A DNA stretch of 18,185 bases from an uncultured bacterium (GTDB taxonomy: Bacteria > Hydrogenedentota > Hydrogenedentia > Hydrogenedentales > JAEUWI01): contig CAXBPH010000132.1 in assembly GCA_963977445.1 (NCBI GenBank), positions 1 to 18,185 of the forward strand, in the 5' to 3' direction. Under the pieces are notes generated by a model, which was not told where the DNA came from, made no database searches, and worked only from the letters and a program-made list of their open reading frames with translations. Numbering within the stretch: position 1 is the stretch's first letter; the number at the start of each line of letters is the position of its first letter. Of this stretch, positions 17,675-18,185 are shown in pieces. A program made the translations under genes and the position numbers.

Positions 17675-18185
17675 TGACGTACTTGAAAATTGCCCTGCTA
17701 GCCCTTTGTGCTGTCCTCATGATTGGGACACCAAGCCACGCTGTCACCTTCGAAGTGGGTAGTGACGTGGCCCTTCCCGGAGCGACCGTCGAATTGCCCG
17801 TGTCAGTCGCGCTGGAAGCATCGGATGAAGTCGCCGCCATCCAGTTTGACGTTCTCGTCGACAGCGCCGCCCTGGTTGCAGACTCGGTTCGCATTGGCCC
17901 CGCCAGTGAAGCCGCCGGAAAAACCATGACCGTCACCCCCCAACCCGATGGAACCGTACGGGTTCTCCTCATTGGCTTCAACCAGAATCTGTACGCCGAT
18001 GGCGTCGTTGCATTTTCTGATGTGGCGGTTAGTGCCGAAGCAACAACGGGTTCTTATCTTATTACCCTGGCCAATGTATTGCTTTCCGATGCGTTCGGCA
18101 ATCCCGTAGGCAGCCAGGTGATTCCCGGTGCGCTCGACATCGATGGTGGCGAAGGCGAAGGCGAAGGCGAAGGAGAAGGAGAAGG
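17671..18185 (+). CDS. Secreted cohesin-like domain protein with (Gly-Glu)n linker, 3'-partial (absent from the ORF track)
   Basis: Hand translation from the ATGA overlap at 17671: MMTYLKIALLALCAVLMIGTPSHA-VTFEVGSDVALPGATVELPVSV..VAAIQFDV..VRVLLIGFNQN..DGVVA..LSDAFGNP..DGGEGEGEGEGEGE; open to the window end. Confidence 0.9.
   Translation, partial: MMTYLKIALLALCAVLMIGTPSHAVTFEVGSDVALPGATVELPVSVALEASDEVAAIQFDVLVDSAALVADSVRIGPASEAAGKTMTVTPQPDGTVRVLLIGFNQNLYADGVVAFSDVAVSAEATTGSYLITLANVLLSDAFGNPVGSQVIPGALDIDGGEGEGEGEGEGE
18148..18185 (+). repeat. Hexanucleotide repeat GG(C/A)GAA encoding a Gly-Glu linker
   Basis: GGCGAA x4 then GGAGAA x2, continuing past the window end. Confidence 0.95.

Overview
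GC-rich bacterial chromosomal window, probably from a diderm. The terminal (Gly-Glu)n linker together with PEP-CTERM, sulfatase-like and Tat Gfo/Idh/MocA genes suggests Ca. Hydrogenedentes or a similar lineage (inference only). Order of contents: terminator, Phd/YefM antitoxin remnant and REP-like inverted pair; GT-C-like membrane protein (-); an unexplained tandem duplication of a ~168-bp structured non-coding unit (period 226 bp); sigma-54-driven PEP-CTERM gene (+); greA-carB (-, no carA); guaB-guaA (+); Thr-type sulfatase-like protein; group III truncated haemoglobin with an NsrR-like operator; Tat-exported Gfo/Idh/MocA oxidoreductase; REP/REPIN-like elements; a small secreted ORF ending in NAPP; and a translationally coupled run of at least three cohesin-like proteins, the last missed by the ORF track and running off the window in a GE repeat. 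The best candidates for something new are the twin structured RNA-like units and the cohesin operon with its possible arrest-peptide leader. No transposase, integrase, CRISPR array, rRNA or tRNA was seen.
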